Source: Candidatus Saganbacteria bacterium
GTDB taxonomy: Bacteria > Margulisbacteria > WOR-1 > O2-12-FULL-45-9
Direction of reading: 5' to 3'
Length of the DNA: 64,000 bases
NCBI GenBank assembly: GCA_016932255.1
Contig: JAFGDE010000019.1
Span: 8,614 to 72,613 of the forward strand
Shown here: positions 27,712 through 35,361 of the stretch, piece after piece
How positions within the stretch are numbered: the first letter of the stretch is position 1
How the letters are laid out: every line of letters begins with the position of its first letter
Notes under the pieces: generated by a model
What the model was told of the DNA's origin: nothing
What the model saw: only the letters and a program-made list of their open reading frames with translations
The model's database searches: none
Translations under genes and position numbers: made by a program

Positions 27712-29007
27712 ATGTCGATCTCAATGATAGATATACGGTCACTTGGACCGGTAACTCGATTAGCGGCGGCCGGTCACAATCTCCGCCTGGAGCGGCTGCA
27801 AAGAAAGTTGATCGATACCGCTGCCAGATATGCGGCAAAACAGAATAAATCGTCCCTCAGAAGTCGAACTATTGAGTTTCAACTTCACCAGCTGGAACAA
27901 GGGGAATTTTTTGACCACTTCAGCGTTGATCAACGCTTAGTCAACGACGTAATGGACAATGCCCTCCGCCTTTCCGGCAATACCGAGCCGATCATTATCG
28001 ATATAGGTGGCGGAACGTCTTCGACCCATGTGCGCTTTGCGGAAGCGGGCGCGGTCTCGGTCTGCATCGATCCCGCCGTTCCAATCTTGGCAAAGCTCGC
28101 TCAAGTAAGGAACATGGTAAAGATCGCCGAAGGGATCTGGAAAGACCGCACCCTGGAACACTATTTAGTGGCCGCTGACGCAGAAACAGCGGCAGAGGTC
28201 TTGGGCATTGATGAAGGCCATCCCCTGCTCAGGCCCCTGACCGCCAGGAAAAGGGCTTTGCTGCAGGAGTTAACCGGTATCGCCAGGGACTTCCAGCCTG
28301 ACCGGATCGCCGATTCTGAATTCCCGCAAGCCCTCCAGAATATTGCCAACAAAAGAACGGCGGTCGAGAACTTCGAGAACGGTTCGGCCGAATACAGGCA
28401 AGCGGTGATGCGGGAACAAGAAAGAGAAGCCAACCGTTTTAGTTTCGATGACTACAAGAGTTTTTCGGAGACCGAGGTACTCAGGCATCTCCAAGACAGC
28501 CTGCGCTGGGCGCGGGAACGTTTGGCTGGTCTTAAATTAAGCGATCATTTAGAAGAAAACCGGGAACGGATCGAAGACCTGATCGAGAGACTGGTCGAAA
28601 CAGACAATTTGATCGAAGAAAAAAGACTGGAAGCGCTCCGGACCGCGGAAGAACCGCCGGTCGATCTCGTTTTCTGCGGCTACATGCCTCCTAATGTTGA
28701 TTTCACTCCCGCGATAAAAACCCTTCTGGCGAAAGGCATTTTTTATGTGGTAGAGGCCAATGACGGAGCGACCGGGATCCCCTCTTATGAGAACCTGACC
28801 AAAAGCTATTACATATGGAACGGTTTTTATAACTACAGTTTCCTGCCCGGGACGGGTTATGAGGAGATCAGCCGCCAGGATATTTACGGTGAGCCTCGCG
28901 AGAACGCGATCGGCCATACAGTAAGGACTTTTGATCAGTGGATCGTTCAGGCCCGAAGGGACGTGGCTCCCCCTAACACATCAAGCCCAGCTAACAGTTG
29001 GTATTAA
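27712..29007 (+). CDS. Hypothetical protein with split Rossmann/SAM-methyltransferase-like motifs
   Basis: 431 aa from the internal ATG that has an SD. IIIDIGGGTSS and VSVCIDP resemble MTase motifs I/II. A charged helical insert of about 200 aa follows, then DLVFCGYMPP. I recognise no family. Confidence 0.5.
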   Translation: MSISMIDIRSLGPVTRLAAAGHNLRLERLQRKLIDTAARYAAKQNKSSLRSRTIEFQLHQLEQGEFFDHFSVDQRLVNDVMDNALRLSGNTEPIIIDIGGGTSSTHVRFAEAGAVSVCIDPAVPILAKLAQVRNMVKIAEGIWKDRTLEHYLVAADAETAAEVLGIDEGHPLLRPLTARKRALLQELTGIARDFQPDRIADSEFPQALQNIANKRTAVENFENGSAEYRQAVMREQEREANRFSFDDYKSFSETEVLRHLQDSLRWARERLAGLKLSDHLEENRERIEDLIERLVETDNLIEEKRLEALRTAEEPPVDLVFCGYMPPNVDFTPAIKTLLAKGIFYVVEANDGATGIPSYENLTKSYYIWNGFYNYSFLPGTGYEEISRQDIYGEPRENAIGHTVRTFDQWIVQARRDVAPPNTSSPANSWY

Positions 29008-29429
29008 TGCCCAGGTCCCGCCTCATTATTTTTTAGTTTCAAGCCCTCCAGACCTTTACCGGTCGTTTTTTTCAGATAGTCGTCGATCGCGCTCTTTAAG
29101 GCGTCTTCGCCCAGCACCGAACAGTGGACCTTGACCGGCGGCAGGCCGTCCAGGGCCTCAACCACCATCTGGTTGGTCAGCTTAAGCGCCGCGGGAATGG
29201 ACTTGCCTTTGACCATCTCGGTGATCATCGAGCTGGTGGCAATGGCCGCGGCGCAGCCAAAGGTCTTGAACTTGGCGTCAGTGATAACATTATCCTTGAC
29301 CTTGATGTACATCTCCATGATATCGCCGCAGGAAGCATTGCCGATGCGGCCGATGCCGTCAGGGCTATCCATCTCCCCAACATTGCGAGGATTTTTGAAA
29401 TGTTCCATGACCTTATCGCTATAATTCAT
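29004..29429 (-). CDS. iscU: Fe-S cluster scaffold, IscU/NifU N-terminal type
   Basis: 141 aa with NPRNVG...GNASCGD...FKTFGCAAAIA...PVKVHCSVL. Confidence 0.9.
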   Translation of the reverse strand: MNYSDKVMEHFKNPRNVGEMDSPDGIGRIGNASCGDIMEMYIKVKDNVITDAKFKTFGCAAAIATSSMITEMVKGKSIPAALKLTNQMVVEALDGLPPVKVHCSVLGEDALKSAIDDYLKKTTGKGLEGLKLKNNEAGPGH

Positions 29430-29443
29430 AATAATCTACTCCT

Positions 29444-30604
29444 TCATTTCTTATAGAGCGGCGACATTTGCCGCAATTTTTTCACAATCTTGGGAAAGAC
29501 TTCCAGAACGTGATCGATATCCTTGTCCGTATTGGTCCGGCCTAAGGAAAAGCGGATCGAGCCGTGGGCCAGCTCGTGCGTCAGGCCGATCGCCAGCAGG
29601 ACGTGGGACGGATCGAGCGTGCCTGAACTGCAGGCCGAGCCGGTCGAAGCCGCAATGCCTTCCAGATCAAGCTTGAGCAGCATGGCTTCACCCTCAATAT
29701 ATTTGACCGAAACATTGACGTTCTTGGGCAGCCGCTGAACCGGGTGGCCGTTCAGGATAACTTCAGGGATATTGTCCAATATCCCTTTAATCAACCGGTC
29801 GCGCAGCGGCAGCAGATGGGCCACGCGTTCATTGATCTCAGCCTTGGCGATCTCAGCCGCTTTGCCCAGTCCAATGATGCCCGGCACGTTCTCAGTTGAT
29901 GCCCGGCGCCGCTTTTCCTGGCCCCCGCCGCGGATATACGGCTCAAGCCTGGTGCCTTTGCGCACGTAGAGCGCGCCAACGCCTTTGGGCCCGTAGAACT
30001 TATGGGCTGAGAGTGACAGCAGGTCCACGCCCAGTTTATCAACGTCAACTTCGATCTGGCCAACGGTCTGCACCGCGTCAGTATGTAGCAGCACGCCAGC
30101 CTCCTTGGTGATGGTTGAGATCTGCTCAATGGGCTGAATGGTGCCGATCTCATTATTCGCGTGCATGATCGAGACCAGCACGGTCTTATCCGTGATCGCG
30201 GCTTTGACCGCGGCCGGATCGACCAGGCCATACTTGTCCACATCAAGATAAGTGACCTTAAAGCCCTGTTTCTCCAGCCACTGGCATGGTTCCAGCACCG
30301 CGTGATGCTCGATCTTTGACGTGATGATATGATCGCCTTTGCTCTTATTGGCGTAAAGCACGCCGAACAGAGCGGCATTATCGGATTCCGTGCCGCCGGA
30401 AGTGAAAATGATCTCTGCGGGCTGGCAATTGATCAGGCCGGCCAGCCTGGCCCTGGCCGCTTCGACCGCAGCTCTTGCTTCCTGGCCGAACGAATGCAGG
30501 CTCGATGGGTTGCCGTACCTCTCGGAAAAATAAGGCAGCATCTCCTTGAGCACGGAAGGTAAGGTCGGCGTGGTGGCCGCGTTATCCAAATATATGCGCT
30601 TCAT
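29444..30604 (-). CDS. iscS: Cysteine desulfurase (NifS/IscS type)
   Basis: Motifs IYLDNAATTP, SAHKFYGPKG (the PLP lysine) and GSACSSG are present. The start is placed at MKRIYLD, where the ATG overlaps the Rrf2 stop (ATGA at 30601-30604). Confidence 0.9.
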   Translation of the reverse strand: MKRIYLDNAATTPTLPSVLKEMLPYFSERYGNPSSLHSFGQEARAAVEAARARLAGLINCQPAEIIFTSGGTESDNAALFGVLYANKSKGDHIITSKIEHHAVLEPCQWLEKQGFKVTYLDVDKYGLVDPAAVKAAITDKTVLVSIMHANNEIGTIQPIEQISTITKEAGVLLHTDAVQTVGQIEVDVDKLGVDLLSLSAHKFYGPKGVGALYVRKGTRLEPYIRGGGQEKRRRASTENVPGIIGLGKAAEIAKAEINERVAHLLPLRDRLIKGILDNIPEVILNGHPVQRLPKNVNVSVKYIEGEAMLLKLDLEGIAASTGSACSSGTLDPSHVLLAIGLTHELAHGSIRFSLGRTNTDKDIDHVLEVFPKIVKKLRQMSPLYKK

Positions 30605-31011
30605 TTGCCCGCCTCCCGACATAGGTCTTTCAAGGTCGTTGAATCAAAGACCCGGCTGACCTTGGCGCTGAGCTTTTTCCACAGCATCATGGTCGAGCAG
30701 CAGCCGCTGCGTTGGCATTTACCCTCGGCTGAGACGCAGTCAGCCAGCGCCACCGGACCGTCAGCCGCGCGGATGATCATCCCGATACTGATCTTTTCCG
30801 GCTTATCCTTGAGCACATAGCCGCCGGACGGGCCTCTGACCGTTCTCAGCAGGCCTGCCCGCCTCAGTTTGGCCAGCAGCTGCTCCAGATAAGCCAGGGG
30901 CATGTGCTGGGCCGCGGCAATATCAGCCGCTGACACCGGCTGGCCCTGGCTATGGGCCGCCAGGTGGAACATGGCTGAAACAGCGTACCTGCCTTTGGTT
31001 GAAAGCTTCAT
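30601..31011 (-). CDS. Rrf2-family regulator (IscR-like, Cys-rich C-terminal region)
   Basis: MKLSTKGRYAVSAM..., a winged helix (LAYLEQLLAKLRRAGLL...GPSGGY) and the Cys cluster CVSAEGKCQRSGCCS. The start is placed at the ATG rather than the upstream TTG. Confidence 0.85.
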   Translation of the reverse strand: MKLSTKGRYAVSAMFHLAAHSQGQPVSAADIAAAQHMPLAYLEQLLAKLRRAGLLRTVRGPSGGYVLKDKPEKISIGMIIRAADGPVALADCVSAEGKCQRSGCCSTMMLWKKLSAKVSRVFDSTTLKDLCREAGK

Positions 31012-31028
31012 AGAGCTCAATCATATAA

Positions 31029-31051
31029 TAGTTGACTAATTTTGTCAACTA
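31029..31051. promoter_or_regulatory. Palindromic operator overlapping the Rrf2 promoter
   Basis: TAGTTGAC-TAATTTT-GTCAACTA, with perfect 8-bp arms. On the minus strand it contains the TTGACA -35 of a TTGACA-17-TATGAT promoter that ends 8 nt before the Rrf2 ATG. Confidence 0.55.
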
Positions 31052-31067
31052 CTCCAGACTGGCTTGA

Positions 31068-31096
31068 TTGACAAGGCCCGAGGCCGGCTTTACAAT
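31068..31096 (+). promoter_or_regulatory. Consensus-like promoter positioned for a leaderless transcript of the plus-strand paralog operon
   Basis: TTGACA (31068-73), exactly 17 nt, TACAAT (31091-96), then 7 nt to the ATG at 31104. There is no SD. Confidence 0.65.
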
Positions 31097-31103
31097 CAAG
31101 CTA

Positions 31104-31682
31104 ATGAAAAAGCTCTGCCTGACGCTCTGCCTGCTCTGCCTGGCCGTGCCTGCCCTGGCCCGGCCGTTCGATTACAACGTGGCCTACGGCCCGGAATATT
31201 TCTCTTTTTCCAGCTCGAACTCTACAGCCAAAGCCGACCTGGTCACCTGCGGCGTTACCTGCGCGGGCGAGCTGGCTGGTTTTCAGGCCGGCTTTCGCGG
31301 CGGCTTTGGCGAGATCTCGACCACTATGATCAGCTACAACGAGACTTTCCTGCTCTACATGTTCGACAAGAGCCCTGAGTCGTTTTTGGGCCTGGGGCCG
31401 GCTTATTTTAACTACGAGAATACCCTGGACAAGGCCGCTGACGTCAAGTTCAGGAACGCGGAGCTCAACGCCAAACTGAAATGGGCCAGGATCATGGCGC
31501 CGATCTGGGGCTTTTACGCTGAACTGACCGGGCCGCAAACAGTCAGCTGGGAACTGGGCGCTCTGGCTTATTTTGATGAACGTTTGGGAGATTTTAATGT
31601 CCGGCTGGGCTATCGCGAGCTCAGGTTCAGCAATGACGCCACAATGCGCGGCCCGTATATCGCTTCCAGCGTGTATTTTTAA
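31104..31682 (+). CDS. Small outer-membrane beta-barrel-like protein (first gene of the plus operon)
   Basis: 192 aa. Signal peptide MKKLCLTLCLLCLAVPALA, alternating aromatic/Gly-rich strands, and a C-terminal SSVYF. The start was moved off the track's upstream ATG because that codon lies inside the promoter. Confidence 0.55.
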   Translation: MKKLCLTLCLLCLAVPALARPFDYNVAYGPEYFSFSSSNSTAKADLVTCGVTCAGELAGFQAGFRGGFGEISTTMISYNETFLLYMFDKSPESFLGLGPAYFNYENTLDKAADVKFRNAELNAKLKWARIMAPIWGFYAELTGPQTVSWELGALAYFDERLGDFNVRLGYRELRFSNDATMRGPYIASSVYF

Positions 31683-31994
31683 ATGAAAAGAACTATCGCC
31701 TTACTATTGATATTGAACTTTGGTCTGCTCCCGGCCCTAGCCGAGACCCTGATCTCGCAGGAAAGCTGGAGCAGGAACACGGAATATCAGGGCAGCGCTG
31801 ACGCGCCGATGGTCTTTTCCCCACCTGCCAGGCTGACCCTGTCTGACAGGACAGAAAAACTGGTCGTTCTGCCGCAGGACCTGGAGATCAAGGACGAGAT
31901 CCAGGAGTTCCGGCTCTTTCGCAACCGTTACGTGATCTTTGGCACATATTTGTCCCTGGCGCTGTATTACAACTGGCTGACGAGGCACAGATGA
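31683..31994 (+). CDS. Paralog array member P1 (signal peptide, short ectodomain, conserved C-terminal motif, TM anchor)
   Basis: 103 aa. Signal MKRTIALLLILNFGLLPALA. C-terminus LEIKDEIQEFRLFRNRYVIFGTYLSLALYY. The start abuts the upstream stop (TAAATG). Confidence 0.7.
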   Translation: MKRTIALLLILNFGLLPALAETLISQESWSRNTEYQGSADAPMVFSPPARLTLSDRTEKLVVLPQDLEIKDEIQEFRLFRNRYVIFGTYLSLALYYNWLTRHR

Positions 31995-32395
31995 TAAGAA
32001 TTATTGCGCTATTATTGATCATGATACTTGGCTCGCAGGCCGGCGCTATCGAGCTGGCCCGCGACACGCTCTGGTTTGGCCGGGTCAATCTGACCCAGGA
32101 AGTGGTCGTGCCTGAGAACGTGACCTTGACCATCGCGCCAGGCACAAAGATAACGACCAACGGTAATAAAATAATCGCTTACGGCAAAGTCGCCATTCAG
32201 GCGGACGAAACCCAGCCGGTGGACCTGAAATACTTCCCGCAAACAGAGACTTCGACCGTTGAGGTCGTCAGGCTCAAGCCCTATGACGTGGACACGGACA
32301 TCCTCAAAGAGGAGTTCAATGTCTTCAAAGTGCAGTATGCTATACTATGGTCACTGTTATTCGCGAGCACTTTTGTCATGCTGGAGGCCAGATGA
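31991..32395 (+). CDS. Paralog array member P2
   Basis: 134 aa with a signal peptide, the beta-helix-cap-like segment WFGRVNLTQEVVVPENVTLTIAPGTKI, and C-terminus LKPYDVDTDILKEEFNVFKVQYAILWSLLFASTFV. Overlaps P1 by ATGA. Confidence 0.7.
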   Translation: MIRIIALLLIMILGSQAGAIELARDTLWFGRVNLTQEVVVPENVTLTIAPGTKITTNGNKIIAYGKVAIQADETQPVDLKYFPQTETSTVEVVRLKPYDVDTDILKEEFNVFKVQYAILWSLLFASTFVMLEAR

Positions 32396-32877
32396 TCAGG
32401 AACATCGCCATAGCTCTGATATTCGCCCTGCTGATCGAGATCCCGGCTGCGGCCGCGCCTGAAGCCAGGATACTTAACGACCTGGTGACCATCTGGTCCG
32501 GCCGGGTCGAGCTAAGCAACGATGTGATCGTGCCTGATGGCCATATCCTGATCATTGAGCCGGGCACACAGATCAACTGCGTTTATTCCGACAGCAACAG
32601 CCAGATCTCGCCCAAAGAGTGGCGCATCATTGTCAAAGGCGACTTGATATGCGGCGGACAACCTGAGCGGGCCGTGGTCATCGATACCATGCCCTACGGC
32701 CTGCACACTGTCAGACTGCCGGTATCCGACAGCGTGGAAAAGATCACTATCGCGCCCATGAAGGTCGATACAGAGAAGATCCGCAGCGAGTTCGGGGTGT
32801 TCCGGCTCCAGTACCTGGCGCTCTGGCTGACCCTGTTCGGCGGCGTGTTCTATGCCATTAGATCGAGGAAAGACTGA
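32392..32877 (+). CDS. Paralog array member P3
   Basis: 161 aa from the ATG with a GGAGG SD (ATGA overlap with P2). Contains WSGRVELSNDVIVPDGHILIIEPGTQI and C-terminus APMKVDTEKIRSEFGVFRLQYLALWLTLFGGVFY. Confidence 0.7.
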   Translation: MIRNIAIALIFALLIEIPAAAAPEARILNDLVTIWSGRVELSNDVIVPDGHILIIEPGTQINCVYSDSNSQISPKEWRIIVKGDLICGGQPERAVVIDTMPYGLHTVRLPVSDSVEKITIAPMKVDTEKIRSEFGVFRLQYLALWLTLFGGVFYAIRSRKD

Positions 32878-33342
32878 ATGAGAAAAGCCCTGATCTACAG
32901 CTTGATGACCTGTTTCCTGACCGTGACCTGCCTGGGGCCGGCCGCGGCAGAGGATAAATGGTATAAAGGCAGCGTGGTCAAGGAAGACCTGACCATCGAA
33001 AGCTCGGACTTCAAACATCTGCTGCCCGGAGCGACCTTAAGGCTTGAGCCGGGCAGCAAACTCAGCATCAAAGGCCAGCTGGTCGCGGTCGGCAGCGAAC
33101 AGGACCCGGTCGTTATCTCGATCAGCAACCCGGTCAGCAAAGACAGGATAACCACGCTGAACGGCACTACCGTCGTTACCACCAACACGGGTTTAAAAGA
33201 GATCGAGATCAAACCTTACAGCGTTGAAACAGAGGAGATTATCTCAGAGCTCGAAGCTTTCCGCAAACAGTACGCTTTTGTCTGGGTGGTGCTGATGGGC
33301 CTGCAGATCTACCTGGTCTTTAACCGCGCGACCTACTGGTGA
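32878..33342 (+). CDS. Paralog array member P4
   Basis: 154 aa with a signal peptide and C-terminus IKPYSVETEEIISELEAFRKQYAFVWVVLMGLQIYLVF. Confidence 0.7.
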   Translation: MRKALIYSLMTCFLTVTCLGPAAAEDKWYKGSVVKEDLTIESSDFKHLLPGATLRLEPGSKLSIKGQLVAVGSEQDPVVISISNPVSKDRITTLNGTTVVTTNTGLKEIEIKPYSVETEEIISELEAFRKQYAFVWVVLMGLQIYLVFNRATYW

Positions 33343-33831
33343 TCAGTAATACAGTTCGACCGCGGTCCTGAAGAACGCCCCGCCGCCTGAGACCGTGTTC
33401 GGTGCAGAGGTCAATAATTTCTGAGGCATTACCCCGGCCAGCATGATCAGGTCGACCCAGTTAAGCCAGCACATCTTATAGCCCAGATGATAACTGAGCT
33501 CCTTGACCCCGCCCCCGCTGGTACCCTTGATATAGGAACGGTTGTAGCCCAGCCCGGCGATCGCGCAGTCGCGGCCCAGAGGATAATTATATTCCAGACC
33601 GAGGTAGTTGATCGCTACGTCAACATTGCCGCTGTCGTTCAAGAGAAAGGTCGCGCCCATCTGCATAAAGACATCCTGCCAGACAATGAAGTCCATGTTC
33701 GCGCCGAACTCAGTGTTGCTGGTATCGGCCACCGAATCCGTGCCCAGGTTCAGCCGCAGGCCGAACTCATGGTCAGCCAGGGCCAGCGCCGGCAGCAGCA
33801 ACATCATGATAATTAATGTTAACTTTTTCAT
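33343..33831 (-). CDS. Small outer-membrane beta-barrel-like protein (last gene of the minus operon)
   Basis: 162 aa. Signal MKKLTLIIMMLLLPALALA, Gly/aromatic-rich alternating strands, and an aromatic C-terminus VELYY. Its stop abuts the P4 stop (TGATCA). Confidence 0.5.
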   Translation of the reverse strand: MKKLTLIIMMLLLPALALADHEFGLRLNLGTDSVADTSNTEFGANMDFIVWQDVFMQMGATFLLNDSGNVDVAINYLGLEYNYPLGRDCAIAGLGYNRSYIKGTSGGGVKELSYHLGYKMCWLNWVDLIMLAGVMPQKLLTSAPNTVSGGGAFFRTAVELYY

Positions 33832-34175
33832 TTGCTTGAGGCGTAGGCTATCCCGGCCAGCACGAACAGCGCGGGATAGAAGAACGCTCCTTTAAAGATA
33901 TAATCATTGATCTCATCCTCAAAACCCTTTTCCATATAAGTTCTCGGCTCATACTCAACAACCTCAACGCCTTCGGGCAGCAGGACATCGGTCTCCTGCG
34001 TGACCTCAATGACCTTAAGCCCGACCTTTGTCAGGTCGACCGGCGCCTCATCAAGCGTTAGCACAGCCGGATGGTCTACTGAACCGGACAATTCCAGCTT
34101 GTCCGTGATCAACTGCTCGGCCAGCAGCGGCTGGGCCAGTAAAAGCAGAGCGATCAGACTTGCCGCGAATCTCAT
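33828..34175 (-). CDS. Paralog array member P6
   Basis: 115 aa from MRFAASLIALLLLAQPLLA (ATGA overlaps at both ends). The C-terminal motif is degenerate: EYEPRTYMEKGFEDEINDYIFKGAFFYPALFVLAGIAY. Confidence 0.65.
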   Translation of the reverse strand: MRFAASLIALLLLAQPLLAEQLITDKLELSGSVDHPAVLTLDEAPVDLTKVGLKVIEVTQETDVLLPEGVEVVEYEPRTYMEKGFEDEINDYIFKGAFFYPALFVLAGIAYASSK

Positions 34176-34684
34176 CAGATATTCCTCGCAAAGACCCACA
34201 TGCCGTAAATGACCGCCCAAACAATGAAATAATTATATTTGAAGCTGCGGAACTCCTGTTTCATTGACTCAGTGTCGATCTGATATGGCGAGAAGCGGAT
34301 CACCCTGACCTCATCGCCCAGCTCGACCAGTTTTTTCGCTTTCAACCCGGAGACCGAGACCAGCCTGATCGGCTTGTCCGCACTGGCTCGCGTTTCGATC
34401 GTGCCAAAGGCGATCAGCTCGCACTGGTCCTTTCTTTTGCCGCTTTCCAGCAGGTCGCGCTCGTCAAAGATCAGCTCAGTGCCAGGCTCGATGATCAGTT
34501 TTCTGCCCAGAGGCACGGTCACGTCGCCGATGAGAAAGACCCGGCCCTGCCAAACCTCGTCCTCGGTCAGCTCGCCGACCTTGATCGCGGTATTTTCATC
34601 GATCAGGTCGGTCATGGCGAGAGCCAGGACCAGCTGCTGGCAGAGGAACAATGATATTAAAATAGCGGCAACGGTCTTTTTCAT
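34175..34684 (-). CDS. Paralog array member P7
   Basis: 169 aa from MKKTVAAILISLFL. Contains WQGRVFLIGDVTVPLGRKLIIEPGTELIF and C-terminus FSPYQIDTESMKQEFRSFKYNYFIVWAVIYGMWVF. Confidence 0.7.
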   Translation of the reverse strand: MKKTVAAILISLFLCQQLVLALAMTDLIDENTAIKVGELTEDEVWQGRVFLIGDVTVPLGRKLIIEPGTELIFDERDLLESGKRKDQCELIAFGTIETRASADKPIRLVSVSGLKAKKLVELGDEVRVIRFSPYQIDTESMKQEFRSFKYNYFIVWAVIYGMWVFARNI

Positions 34685-34893
34685 TTCAATAGCACCACGG
34701 CGAACGACAGCGCGTAAAGCATAGCATAGGTCAGCCGGTAATCCTTCCATTCCTGCGCAAAATCCTTGGTCGAGACCGGTTTCGCTCTAATGGTCAGGAC
34801 CTCGCCGCTAACCTCTTCGGTCAGGACCACGGTCGAGATCTGGAGCAGCAGGACCAGGCTCAGGCACAGGCTCAGGACCTTCTTACCAAACAT
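34681..34893 (-). CDS. Paralog array member P8 (minimal form)
   Basis: 70 aa with a signal peptide and AKPVSTKDFAQEWKDYRLTYAMLYALSFAVVLL. Confidence 0.6.
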   Translation of the reverse strand: MFGKKVLSLCLSLVLLLQISTVVLTEEVSGEVLTIRAKPVSTKDFAQEWKDYRLTYAMLYALSFAVVLLK

Positions 34894-35116
34894 ACGGCAT
34901 GATAAAGGCCGTCAAGTAAAAGAAGATCCAGAACGTGGCGTAGCGCGCCCTGAACTCCGTGAACTCGGCCCTTTCCTCTTCAAATTCATATTCCGCGGGC
35001 ACCACAACAACTGTCTTGACCCCGGGATCAAGCTTGAGCGTGACCGCCTCAAGCGTGGCCCAGGAAGTATTGACCAGCAGCGTCAGCAGGACAAAGATGA
35101 CCGTGATCTGCTTCAT
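34883..35116 (-). CDS. Paralog array member P9 (minimal form)
   Basis: 77 aa from MKQITVIFVLLTLLV, with VPAEYEFEEERAEFTEFRARYATFWIFFYLTAFIM. ATGA overlap with P10. Confidence 0.6.
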   Translation of the reverse strand: MKQITVIFVLLTLLVNTSWATLEAVTLKLDPGVKTVVVVPAEYEFEEERAEFTEFRARYATFWIFFYLTAFIMPYVW

Positions 35117-35361
35117 TTGAATCCCAGATAAGCGCCGTGCAGCCAGGCGCCGTAGCAATACAGCCGTTTGTACTCTTTGAGCGCGGACATGATATTGGAA
35201 GTATCGACCGCGTACGGCTCGATCTCCGTGACATTATCGCGGCTGATCGAGATATAGCGCGCAGCCTCAGGACTGCCGGACAGCACCAGGTTGGTAGCCA
35301 GCTCGGCTGAGATCAGGGAGATCGCCATGATGATCTGCAGCGCTTTAGCTAAGGACTTCAT
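35113..35361 (-). CDS. Paralog array member P10 (minimal form)
   Basis: 82 aa with IEPYAVDTSNIMSALKEYKRLYCYGAWLHGAYLGF. Its start overlaps the larE 3' end by 17 nt. Confidence 0.6.
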   Translation of the reverse strand: MKSLAKALQIIMAISLISAELATNLVLSGSPEAARYISISRDNVTEIEPYAVDTSNIMSALKEYKRLYCYGAWLHGAYLGFK

